Shown: piece by piece, positions 35,596 through 47,225 of the stretch | Layout of the letters: each line of letters opens with the position of its first letter | How positions within the stretch are numbered: the first letter of the stretch is position 1 | Assembly: GCA_950097015.1 (NCBI GenBank) | Contig: CATNEN010000003.1 | Coordinates: forward strand, 7,874,001-7,938,000 | Direction of reading: 5' to 3' | DNA from: Macrostomum hystrix | Taxonomy: Eukaryota; Animalia; Platyhelminthes | DNA: 64,000 nt | Translations under genes and position numbers: made by a program | The notes under the pieces: model-generated | Told to the model about the DNA's origin: nothing | Databases searched by the model: none | Seen by the model: the letters and a program-made list of their open reading frames with translations, nothing else

Positions 35596-35905
35596 AGGTT
35601 GTAGCCTAGTGGTTAGAGCGTCAGACTCACGACTTGAAGGTCGGGGGTTCGATTCCCGACTCCACTGGAACAATTTGTGTCCTTTAGCAAGACACTTAAC
35701 TCTGCATTGCTTCAGTTCACCCAGCTGTTAAATGGGTACCAGCATCAGCTGGGATAATTGAAGGTGGGTGTGGCGTCCCCCAGTCCATGGACTGAACAGC
35801 TGTATGCAGCCTTCAGATGCGCTGCGCATTAGCTGCGGCTGTGCTGTCGGCTGCACATCTGACCCGATTAGGGCAGATGTAATCAATTATTTATTATTAT
35901 TATTA
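35596..35905 (+). mobile_element. Full-length tRNA-derived CORE-type SINE with 3' hairpin and (TTA)n tail
   Basis: A box TAGCCTAGTGG, B box GGTTCGATTCC, CORE-like block, and 3' stem-loop ACATCTGACCC-GATTA-GGGCAGATGT followed by the tail. 15-bp TSD TGTCTTTCAATAAAT at 35513-35527 and 35906-35920. Confidence 0.9.
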
Positions 35906-38354
35906 TGTCTTTCAATAAATATTCTTTGTGTGATTATACAGGTTAATCATAGACACACCACCCCACCAAAAGCACACAGCAATATGTCTAGAGCTTGAGT
36001 CCCCAACATCACACTAGGAAATTGAGTTTCCATTGTATAGTATAAATAAGTGCTTTCATTATTAATGAATATAAATGTGAAATGAATGAATGAACTGAAT
36101 ATAAATATAATTATAAATGTGACTATGTAAAATGTTGCAATTAATGTATTTCATAAAAATTATTATTTTTGAATCCATAAAAAAAGATAAATGTTCAATT
36201 TTATGTTGTTTTCTTTAAATGCTTGCTGGCAAAATTCAAGCAGTTTTAATGCCTTAAATGTTAGGATGTATAAATTAAAAAAACAATAAGTAGACCATTG
36301 TACCGAACAATTCTAAAAGCAATGGCCTATTTTTATGTCTTTTTGGCTATCTGTAGTGGAAAATTATTACTTACTATGAGTAATAACAAATTATAATTAT
36401 TGTTTACTAACCAAAAATTCTATGATTAGCTATCTGGCACTCTTTGTTACTAAACTGTCCTAACCTTGTTACTGAATCAACAATTTTATAACTTATAACT
36501 AAATTGACCACTTACCCTTTTACTTCTACTGAAATAAACTACATATGTATCTATATATTTAATCCTATGTACATAAACCATGGTAGCTACATTAATAGCA
36601 TTTCAACATTAGGGTGTGAATAAAATAAATGTACTATACATTTTTTCCACCACAATACCATGCCAGCCCTATAATAGAGGACCTAGCTATAATCCATATT
36701 TAATATTTTATCCCAAAAAATTCTACTTAATGTAGTTTTGGGAAAGCATTCACACAAATCAAAATCATGAGATCTAATGTTCGAGTGGCACATTTTTTAT
36801 TGAATTGCTACTTTTGATGCATAAGTTTTACTTTTTATGTCAAATGCAGTTGAGTGTATGTGGCCTAGAGTTGGACAACAAGTTAGAAAAGGCTTTTAAA
36901 ATGCTTGACTTTTAACCTAAAATAAAAAAGTTCTTTATCATTACCTTGCACTTTGATGGCTGCAATTGATCAGAAGTGTAGTGAAAAATATCACTAATAC
37001 CATTGTTAATGGGTTTGTCATTTTTTCAAGGGTTAAAGTAAAGTCTTGTGTCTTCTGTTTTCTTTTAGTTTTCCAAAAAAAGACAAAAAATATTTCGAAT
37101 ATGTTATTTCCTTAATAAATCTGAGTATGCTTTTTGTTGCATGTTTTTTAATCTGTTTTTTCTTTCAAAAAATAGTTTCAGCAAAAGCAATTTGTATTTC
37201 AATCTGCAAGAAAATGTTCGTTTAAATTTTGTTTGTTTAATCGCGTATAATGACACATTTTCCAAAAAAAACTAGTTCCCATCTATAAATAGTGCTATTT
37301 AGAAATTCGTAGAGGAAACACTTTCGTCTAAGCAGAGGTTACTACTGCTAGTAGAGTAGCGCGGGTATTAAGGTTTATTAAAATATTCATATATTATATA
37401 CTTTATACTATGTGCTACTGCCAAAGCAAAAAATTATCTAATATCAAGTTCCTTACCTTTGTTTTCCTTAAAAAACTGTCCTTCTCCATGCTTGTCATAG
37501 TGAACGTTTTTCTTTTCTTTAATTCACAACAATCGTGTCTAAAAAATAACAGCATAATATTTTAACCTACTAATAATTCGTTTCCATGCCGTTGTGAACT
37601 ACTTTGCTGCTGGTGAAGTGGGCGGATTGATGGCATTGAATCACTTTTCTATAGATCCGACCAGTGTAGAGACAAACACACTAGGAGGAAACCTGTTTGT
37701 CTGAATTAGGCTAAAGTTATTTTTAGTTAAGAGAAGATTAACTTCGTGTAGGATTTACTAGGAAGATAGAGAAAATGAAGAAAACATTAAATTTTTCGTT
37801 TTCCGCCATAGAGTGGTACTGCCGCGGTTATTCCGCGGACAACCCAATGTCCGCGATTTGCGATAGAGTGTTAGCGTCAGTTTGCGACTGACAGTTTGCG
37901 ATAGTGTACATTCCATTTTTGTTTCATTGTTGATTTTTTTAAATGGCGAACAATGAGCTAGAGAAGAGTTAAGAGAAGACCTATGTAGCTATATGTATTT
38001 TTGTACATAGCTTTTTGTGGCAGTGTTTTAGAGCAACGTTCTTATAATCCCATATTTTGTTGCTGCGTGAATGAGGAAAAGAGAAAAAAATCCTTTTGCG
38101 TACATTTTGTAGCTCTACTAGTTCCATTGTACGCTGTACATGTTATAAAATATTTGGTAAAAATGTGATAATCATGATCATTATAAATCATGAACTGTTC
38201 TTTTGATTGTGCACCATTTTTTTCTAGACATCACCTTTAACTTAGTTAAATCGTCAATTAAAAATCAAGTTTTGATTTAATTAATACCCTTTGTCGAATT
38301 AATTTCAGCATTGAAAAACTCCGCCGGTGAATCTTGCGTAGTTAATGATAAACT

Positions 38355-41300
38355 ATGGCTGAGCTGCAACTCAAAGCTGAATTACAAGCCATACTAGATA
38401 ATAAGCCTTACAAAATTACTAAAGAATTTCTTCAAACGGAAGCATTACAATTTGATAATGCCTTGTTTAGTAAGTGACTGCAGAATGGAATTTTTATATA
38501 GATACTAGATACACTAGGATAGATAGAAATTTGAGTTTTTACCCCAGCTGTAGCTGCTACCCATTGTACAGCTGTTTACAGCTTGACAGAAACTGTCCCG
38601 TCAATTTATTTCAGGCCTCAGTCACGACAAACCAGTACTTGGCCGCAGCAAGGCTGTTATTGTCTCCGGCATTGCATTCTCAGCCAATCGCCATGTTGTT
38701 ATGATTCAAGAGGCTAAACAGTCTGCTAGAGGACAATGGTACCTGCCTGCTGGACGATTAGAAATTAACGAGTCTCTGGAGGTAAGTCGTTAGCAACAGC
38801 CTTTCCCTGAATGCCAAACCGACCCAAACCGATTTCTCATTTCGCAGGCAGCCGTTAGGCGGGAATTTCTCGAAGAGTCCGGTCTCACATTTGAGCCCAA
38901 ACGAGTCGTCAGCATCGAGTGTCGCGACTGCTCCTGGTTGAGGGTGAATTTTCTCGGTGAAATTGTCGGCGGAAAGCTGAAAGTTAGTAGAATGTTATTA
39001 TAGTAATATAATACCCGTTTTGACTAAAATTATTACATTTTTAGTTCTCACACTGATTACATTAATCACATTCGTAATTTGCAGGATTACGAAGATAAGG
39101 AATCTATGTGCGCCAAATGGATCCCTGTTAGCGATGTTGTCGGGTTAGTCATTATACTCTTGCTTTTTTTCAATCCCTCGTGCTGATTTCTGCTTCTAAA
39201 ATAACCGTTCTTTTTATAAAATATTCATTTCAGAAAGAAAATTAATCTTCGGTACGTACGTTTTCTGCTAGGAATTTTTTGTTGTGCTTTTTTTACTGAA
39301 TACTTTCTTCCTGCAAGATTCCGCAGACCCCCAGTCTTCTTCCCCAGACCCTGAGTCTTGTTCTCCAGACCCTGAGTCTTGTTCTCCAGACCCTGAGTCT
39401 TGTTCTCCAGACCCTGAGTCTTGTTCTCCAGACCCTGAGTCTTCTTCCCCAGACCCTGAGTCTTGTTCTCCAGACCCTGAGTCTTGTTGTCCAGACCCTG
39501 AGTCTTGTTCTCCAGACCCTGAGTCTTGTTCTCCAGACCCTGAGTCTTGTTCTCCAGACCCTGAGTCTTGTTCTCCAGACCCTGAGTCTTCTTCCCCAGA
39601 CCCTGAGTCTTGTTCTCCAGACCCTGAGTCTTGTTGTCCAGACCCTGAGTCTTGTTCTCCAGACCCTGAGTCTTGTTCTCCAGACCCTGAGTCTTCTTCC
39701 CCAGACCCTGAGTCTTGTTCTCCAGACCCTGAGTCTTGTTGTCCAGACCCTGAGTCTTCTTCCCCAGACCCTGAGTCTTGTTCTCCAGACCCTGAGTCTT
39801 GTTGTCCAGACCCTGAGTCTTGTTCTCCAGACCCTGAGTCTTGTTGTCCAGACCCTGAGTCTTGTTCTCCAGACCCTGAGTCTTGTTGTCCAGACCCTGA
39901 GTCTTGTTCTCTAGACCCTGAGTCTTGTTCTCCAGACCCTGAGTCTTGTTCCCCAGACCCTGAGTCTTGTTCTCCAGACCCTGAGTCTTGTTCTCCAGAC
40001 CCTGAGTCTTGTTCTCCAGACCCTGAGTCTTCTTCCCCAGACCCTGAGTCTTCTTCCCCAGACCCTGAGTCTTGTTCTCCAGACCCTGAGTCTTGTTGTC
40101 CAGACCCTGAGTCTTGTTCTCCAGACCCTGAGTCTTGTTCTCCAGACACTGAGTCTTGTTCTCCAGACCCTGAGTCTTCTTCCCCAGACCCTGAGTCTTG
40201 TTCTCCAGACCCTGAGTCTTCTTCCCCAGACCCTGAGTCTTGTTCTCCAGACACCGAGTCTTGTTCTCCAGACCCTGAGTCTTGTTGTCCAGACCCTGAG
40301 TCTTCTTCCCCAGACCCCGAGTCTTGTTCTCCAGACACTGAGTCTTGTTCTCCAGACCCTGAGTCTTGTTCTCCAGACCCTGAGTCCTCTTCCCCAGACC
40401 CTGAGTCTTGTTCTCCAGACCCTGAGTCTTCTTCCCCAGACCCTGAGTCTTGTTCTCCAGACCCTGAGTCATCTTACCCAGACCCTGAGTCTTGTTCTCC
40501 AGACCCTGAGTCTTGTTCTCCAGACCCTGAGTCTTCTTCCCCAGACCCTGAGTCTTGTTCTCCAGACCCTGAGTCTTGTTGTCCAGACCCTGAGTCTTGT
40601 TCTCCAGACCCTGAGTCTTGTTCTCCAGACCCTGAGTCTTGTTCTCCAGACCCTGAGTCTTGTTCTCCAGACCCTGAGTCTTCTTCCCCAGACCCTGAGC
40701 CTTCTTCCCCAGACCCTGAGTCTTGTTCTCCAGACCCTGAGTCTTGTTCTCCAGACCCTGAGTATTCTTCCCCAGACCCTGAGTCTTGTTCTCCAGACCC
40801 TGAGTCATCTTACCCAGACCCTGAGTCTTGTTCTCCAGACCCTGAGTCTTCTTCCCCAGACCCCGAGTCTTGTTCTCCAGACCCTGAGTCTTGTTCTCCA
40901 GACCCTGAGTCTTCTTCCCCAGACCCTGAGTCTTGTTCTCCAGACCCTGAGTCTTCTTCCCCAGACCCCGAGTCTTGTTCTCCAGACACTGAGTCTTCTT
41001 CCCCAGACCCTGAGTCTTGTTCTCCAGACCCTGAGTCTTCTTCTCCAGACCCTGAGTCTTGTTCTCCAGACCATGAGTCCTGTTCTCCAGACCCTGAGTC
41101 CTGTTCCCCAGACCCTGAGTCTTGTTCCCCAGACCCTGAGTCTTCTTCCCCAGACCCTGAGTCTTGTTCTCCAGACCCTGAGTCCTGTTCTCCAGACCCT
41201 GAGTCCTGTTCCCCAGACCCTGAGTCTTGTTCCCCAGACCCTGAGTCTTCTTCCCCAGACCCTAAATTTACTAATTTGCTCTCTTAATCTTTCCAGCTCA

Positions 41301-42797
41301 TCTGACATCATTCCATTGCTGTTGCTAGCCAATTTTCTGGATAATCGCAGGCCGAAGTTTCATCGCCGGGCAAGACTTCCTCTACCGGTTAGCTGGCCTT
41401 GCTGTCATTTGAGACTGCTCATTCAAAGATTGGATCCGATCAGCCAAGCGAATGAGATATTGTGCCGCGTTTTACCAAACAGCACAGGTGCCAGATTGCC
41501 TATTGTACGAATGCAGCATCCGTCATCCAGCTTGCACACTTTAGCCGCACTAATTGGCAATATGGTACGTTTGTTTTGATGCCCCTTTATTGTTTATTGT
41601 GCATTCTCTTCCATCAATTTGAGATTATCTCACTTTTAGATTTATGGATAAATGTTTTCTCGTCTGCGGATTTAGGATAACAGTTTTTTCTCATCTAAGG
41701 ATATAGAATAACCATTTTCTCATCTGAGGATTTGGGATAATTGTTATCTGAGGATTTGGGATAATTGTTATCTGAGGATTTGGGATAATTGTTATCTGAG
41801 GATTTGGGATAACTGTTATCTGAGGATTTAGGATAACTGTTTTTTATCTCATCTAGGGATATAGGATAACAATGTTCTTATCTGAGGATTTGGGATAACT
41901 GTTATCTGAGGATTTGGGATAACAGTTATCTGAGGATCTAGGATAACTGTTTTTTATCTCATCTAGGGATATAGGATAACTGTTATCTGTGGATTTGGGA
42001 TAATTGTTATCTGAGGATTTGGGATAACTGTTATCTGAGGATTTGGGATAACTGTTTTTTATCTCATCTAGGGATATAGGATAACAATGTTCTTATCTGA
42101 GGATTTGGGATAACAGTTTTCTTAAATGAGGATTTAGGATAACTGTTATCTGTGGATTTGGGATAATTGTTATCTGAGGATTTGGGATAACTGTTATCTG
42201 AGGATTTGAGGTAACTTTTAACTCACCTGTGGATTTGGGATAACTGCTTTGTCATCTGTGGATTTAGGATAATTGTCGTTATCTTATCTGTAGATTTGGG
42301 ATAATTGCGTTTTCTCATTTAGGAATTTAGGTTAACTACTGTTATCTCATCTGGGAATATGGGATAACCTTTTTCTCAAGTGAGGATTTGGGATAACTGT
42401 TTTCTCCCCTGGGGATATGAGATAATCCCTAAGCTAAGTATGCTTGTAGATGACAATAACAATATTTTCTTACCAATATTTTCAGGTTGTGGGCCAGCCG
42501 CTGCAGTTTAATTCAGTTCTGCATTGCGAATTCCAGTCTACAAACGGCGCCAATTGTGGTCTATTTTTGACCATCCTGTGCCAACTATTGCCAACCAACG
42601 CCCCGTCTGCACCTCAGTCGCCTCAGCTGCTTGACAAATTTAACTGGCTACCCAGTCCGCAATCTGTTGCTTCTCTGACGGTTGCTGATCAGTTTTCCAG
42701 TGATTCAACAGACGGACTGACTGCCAAAGTTAATGATCATTCTATTCACCTGTGCATGCTAGGCAACTGCAAGCATTCCGTTTTCACTTTGACCTAA
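38355..42797 (+). CDS. NUDT18: 8-oxo-dGDP phosphatase NUDT18-like Nudix hydrolase; exons 38355-38469, 38615-38781, 38848-38982, 39085-39143, 39234-39251, 41297-41564, 42486-42797
   Basis: Phase-consistent GT-AG junctions give [40 protein letters not shown], a complete Nudix box with the NUDT18-like QEAK...RG.WYLPAGR. Further matches are SWLRVNF, GGKLK, DKES and LRSSDII. Confidence 0.88.
39324..41263. repeat. 21-bp minisatellite (CCAGACCCTGAGTCTTGTTCT), about 92 copies, in NUDT18 intron 5
   Basis: Tandem units. It produces the spurious SPDPE and TQGLENK ORFs. Confidence 0.97.
41667..42425. repeat. About 24-bp minisatellite (TCTGAGGATTTGGGATAAYTGTTA) in NUDT18 intron 6
   Basis: Tandem units, partly degenerate. 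Confidence 0.9.
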
Positions 42798-42880
42798 ACT
42801 CATCATTATTTTATTTTTTTCTGATTTATCGATTTCAATTTGATCCGCCTGAAAGATTGGCTACTCATGATTGTTCAGTG

Positions 42881-43200
42881 CTCTGATTGGTCAATTAGGG
42901 AATAGGTTGTGATTCTCTGATTGGTCAGTTATGGAATAGCTTGTGATTGTCTGATTGGTCAATTAAGGAATAGCTTGTGAATCTCTGATTGGTCCGTTAA
43001 GGAATAGCTTGTGAATCTCTGATTGGTCAGTTAAGGAATAGCTTGTGAATCTCTGATTGGACAGTTAAGGAATAGCTTGTGATTCTCTGATTGGTCCGTT
43101 AAGGAATAGCTTGTGAATCTCTGATTGGACAGTTGGGGAATAGCTTCAGTCTCTGATTGGTCAGTTATGGAATAGGTTGTGATTCTCTGATTGGTCAATT
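42881..43200. repeat. 34-bp tandem repeat, about 10 copies, each with CTCTGATTGGTCAG
   Basis: Period measured at 42881, 42915 and 42949. Confidence 0.9.
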
Positions 43201-43754
43201 AGTAACAATTTTTAATTGTTTCATTGCTTAATTTGCGACACTACTGTAGAGTTTATTTTTTTAATCTTCCTGATACTTGATCGATAGTCATAGATAAATA
43301 GATATTAAAGAATAATAAATATAAATATTGTAACTTCTAGTTTTTCTTCCTTTGAAGCTTTAACCGCTAACTAATTTGTTTCCATTGTTGCTCTTTTGAG
43401 CATAAGTCTGTAAAAACGTTATTTAGAAATCGAAGTAAACTAAAATTACTCGTTTAAACTAATTAAGTCAGATTTTTTTGTACAGACTATCAGTAATTAG
43501 ACAAATTAAAAAATCCTACATTAATATACTTATTATTAACAGTTAATTGGGTACAACTGGATGCTTAACCAATATTCTATTATTAAGTTTGCAGTTAGCA
43601 TAGAAAATATTTCATCAATTGCTAACTGATGCAATTGATTATATTTTTTTGCATCACTGTAACACACGCAGGACAGTTTTAAATGAATAATTTACATACT
43701 TTGCAATTCTGATAATTGCATACTGATTAATCAGTGCGTTTATAGCTTAAGATT

Positions 43755-44225
43755 TTCTGATTGGTCAGTGCGATAGTAGCATAATACTCTCTGATTGGTC
43801 AGTGCGATAGTAGCATAAATACTCTTTGATTTGTCAGTGCGGTGGTAGCATAATACTCTCTGATTGGTCAGTGCGATAGTAGCATAATACTCTCTGATTG
43901 GTCAGTGCGATAGTAGCATAATACTCTCTGATTGGTCAGTGCGATAGTAGCATAATACTCTCTGATTGGTCAGTGCGGTGGTAGCATAATACTCTCTGAT
44001 TGGTCAGTGCGGTGGTAGCATAATACTCTCTGATTGGTCAGTGCGATAGTAGCATAATACTATCTGATTGCGTGATTGGTCAGTGCGTTGGTAGCATAAT
44101 ACTCTCTGATTGGTCAGTGCGTTTATATCTTAAGATTTTCTGATTGGTCAGTGCGGTGGTAGTATAATACTCTCTGATTGGTCAGTGCGGTGGTAGCATA
44201 GTACTCTCTGATTGGTCAGAGCGAT
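43755..44225. repeat. Second 34-bp tandem repeat, about 14 copies, with the same CTCTGATTGGTCAG core
   Basis: Period measured at 43757 and 43791. The non-core part differs from the first array. Confidence 0.9.
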
Positions 44226-44438
44226 AATAGCTTAACATTAACTGATTTGCCAGTAGTCTGAATATTGTCCGAGCTTCTCTGACTGGACGTCGCTAAGCGG
44301 TTACTACAGTACACGTTAGCCAACCAACGAGCCCTCTGCTTTCACCTAAAGCCAGGTTATGAGTGGCAGCAGCCGCCGAATCTAAATTGGCATGCCTTCA
44401 TTCTCTCGACAGTCAACCAGGTTCAAGCTGTTCGTAAC

Positions 44439-44930
44439 GATACCTGTTAGTCTGGCGATACCTGTTACTCTTTGGCGATACCTCTTAGTCTGTGGCGATA
44501 CCTGTTAGACTGTGGCGATACCTGTTAGTCTGTGGCGATACCTGTTAGACTGTGCCGATACCTGTTAGACTGTGGCGATACCTGTTAGTCTGTGGCGATA
44601 CCTGTTAGTTTGTGGCGATACCTGTTAGACTGTGCCGATACCTGTTAGACTGTGGCGATACCTGTTAGTCTGGCGATACCTGTTACTCTTTGGCGATACC
44701 TCTTAGTCTGTGGCGATACCTGTTAGACTGTGGCGATACCTGTTAGTCTGTGGCGATACCTGTTAGACTGTGCCGATACCTGTTAGACTGTGGCGATACC
44801 TGTTAGTCTGTGGCGATACCTGTTAGTTTGTGGCGATACCTGTTAGACTGTGCCGATACCTGTTAGACTGTGGCGATACCTGTTAGTCTGTGGCGATACC
44901 TGTTAGTCTGTGCCGATACCTGTTAGACTA
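44439..44930. repeat. 20-bp minisatellite (GGCGATACCTGTTAGWCTGT) with a duplicated block of about 218 bp
   Basis: Tandem units. The core is the reverse complement of GTCTAACAGG. Confidence 0.95.
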
Positions 44931-45393
44931 TGGTGCTTGTTTCAAGTTGATTTTTTTATTTTTTTCCAAGAAACTCACCGCTGACAGAAAGTTATTATTA
45001 TTACCTGTTGTAGCCATTGCTAAACTATTTAAATGTTTAATTTTACAGGTACAATGCTAATAATTTGCTGTTCTCGGACATAAAATTACGTTTAAAATTG
45101 TATCCATTTTTCTATTTCTTTTTTATTTTTTAAACGACCCGAAATGTAGCTGCCAATTACTCTATACAATAGGTCGGGCCTTTCATTTTCTTACCTTGAA
45201 GGTACTCGCTAGCATGAGTCGCAAAAGAGTACGCACCTATAGTATTAAATAAAAATGCTATCAAAATGGTTTCCGCCTTTACAAGATAAATAATAATAAG
45301 AATGAGGTTTCGTCTACTTCAAGTAGTATAACGATTGAAATATAAATTAGTTTTTTCTTTACCTTGTAAAAACGATCTTTGTCTACCAGTGCA

Positions 45394-47225
45394 GACTCTC
45401 AGTCTAACAGGATACACTCTCAGTCTAACAGGATACACTCTCAGTCTAACAGGATACACTCTCAGTCTAACAGGATACACTCTCAGTCTAACAGGATACA
45501 CTCTCAGTCTAACAGGATACACTCTCAGTCTAACAGGATACACTCTCAGTCTAACAGGATACACTCTCAGTCTAACGGGATACACTGTCTAACAGGATGC
45601 ACTCTGTCTAACAGGATACACTCTTTGTCTAACAGGATGCACTCTCTGTCTAACAGGATGCACTCTCTGTCTAACAGGATGCACTCTTAGTCTAACGGGA
45701 TACACTGTCTAACAGGATGCACTCTCAGTCTAACAGGATGCATTCTCTGTCGAACAGGATACACTCTCTGTCTAACAAGATACATTCTCAGTCTAACGGG
45801 ATACACTCTCTGTCTAACAGGATACACTCTCAGTCTAACAGGATACACTCTCAGTCTAACAGGATACACTCTCAGTCGAACAGGATACACTCTCAGTCTA
45901 ACGGGATGCATTCTCTGTCTAACAGGATACATTCTCAGTCTAACGGGATACACTCTCTGTCTAACAGGATACACTCTCAGTCTAACAGGATACACTCTCA
46001 GTCGAACAGGATACACTCTCAGTCTAACGGGATACACTTTCTAACAGGATGCACTCTGTCGAACAGGATACACTCTCAGTCTAACAGGATGCATTCTCTG
46101 CTAACAGGATGCATTCTCTGTCTAACAGGATACACTCTCTGTCTAACAACACACACTCTCTGTCTAACAGGATGCATTCTCTGTCGAACAGGATACACTC
46201 TCTGTCTAACAGGATACATTCTCAGTCTAACGGGATACACTCTCTGTCTAACAGGATACACTCTCTGTCTAACAGGATGCATTCTCTGTCTAACAGGATG
46301 CATTCTCTGTCTAACAGGATGCATTCTCTGTCTAACAGGATGCATTCTCTGTCTAACAGGATGCACTCTTAGTCTAACGGGATACACTGTCTAACAGGAT
46401 GCACTCTCAGTCTAACAGGATGCATTCTCTGTCGAACAGGATACACTTTCTGTCTAACAGGATACATTCTCAGTCTAACGGGATACACTCTCTGTCTAAC
46501 AGGATACACTCTCAGTCTAACAGGATACACTCTCAGTCTAACAGGATACACTCTCAGTCTAACGGGATGCATTCTCTGTCTAACAGGATACACTCTCAGT
46601 CTAACAGGATACACTCTCAGTCTAACAGGATACACTCTCAGTCGAACAGGATACACTCTCAGTCTAACGGGATACACTTTCTAACAGGATGCACTCTGTC
46701 GAACAGGATACACTCTCAGTCTAACGGGATACACTTTCTAACAGGATGCACTCTGTCTAACAGGATACACTCTCTGTCTAACAACACACACTCTCTGTCT
46801 AACAGGATGCACTCTCAGTCTAACAGGATGCATTCTCTGTCGAACAGGATACACTCTCTGTCTAACAGGATACATTCTCAGTCTAACGGGATACACTCTC
46901 TGTCTAACAGGATACACTCTCAGTCTAACAGGATACACTCTCTGTCTAACAACACACACTCTCTGTCTAACAGGATACACTCTCTGTCTAACAGGATGCA
47001 TTCTCTGTCTAACAGGATGCATTCTCTGTCTAACAGGATGCATTCTCTGTCTAACAGGATATACTCTCTGTCTAACAACACACACTCTCTGTCTAACAGG
47101 ATACACTCTCAGTCTAACAGGATGCATTCTCTGTCTAACAGGATGCATTCTCTGTCTAACAGGATGCATTCTCTGTCTAACAGGATATACTCTCTGTCTA
47201 ACAGGATGCATTCTCTTCCTAACAA
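45394..47225. repeat. 21-bp minisatellite (GTCTAACAGGATACACTCTCW), about 87 copies
   Basis: Tandem units. Confidence 0.97.

Noticed and set aside
35596-35668. tRNA-Val(CAC) gene, and tRNA-Met(CAT) at 23152
   Set aside because: Acceptor and anticodon stems do not pair properly, the anticodon differs between copies, and each continues into a SINE body.
36940-37810. Divergent minus-strand gene upstream of NUDT18 (several good-looking splice sites)
   Set aside because: I could not build a stop-free spliced ORF. It may be a lncRNA or a pseudogene.
39225-41332. Long repetitive ORFs (667 aa SPDPE, 527 aa TQGLENK, 356 aa)
   Set aside because: They are stop-free frames of a 21-bp array inside a NUDT18 intron, open on both strands.
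44284-44450. Exon-like unique segment between arrays
   Set aside because: It has an in-frame upstream stop, no usable acceptor or ATG and no recognisable homology.
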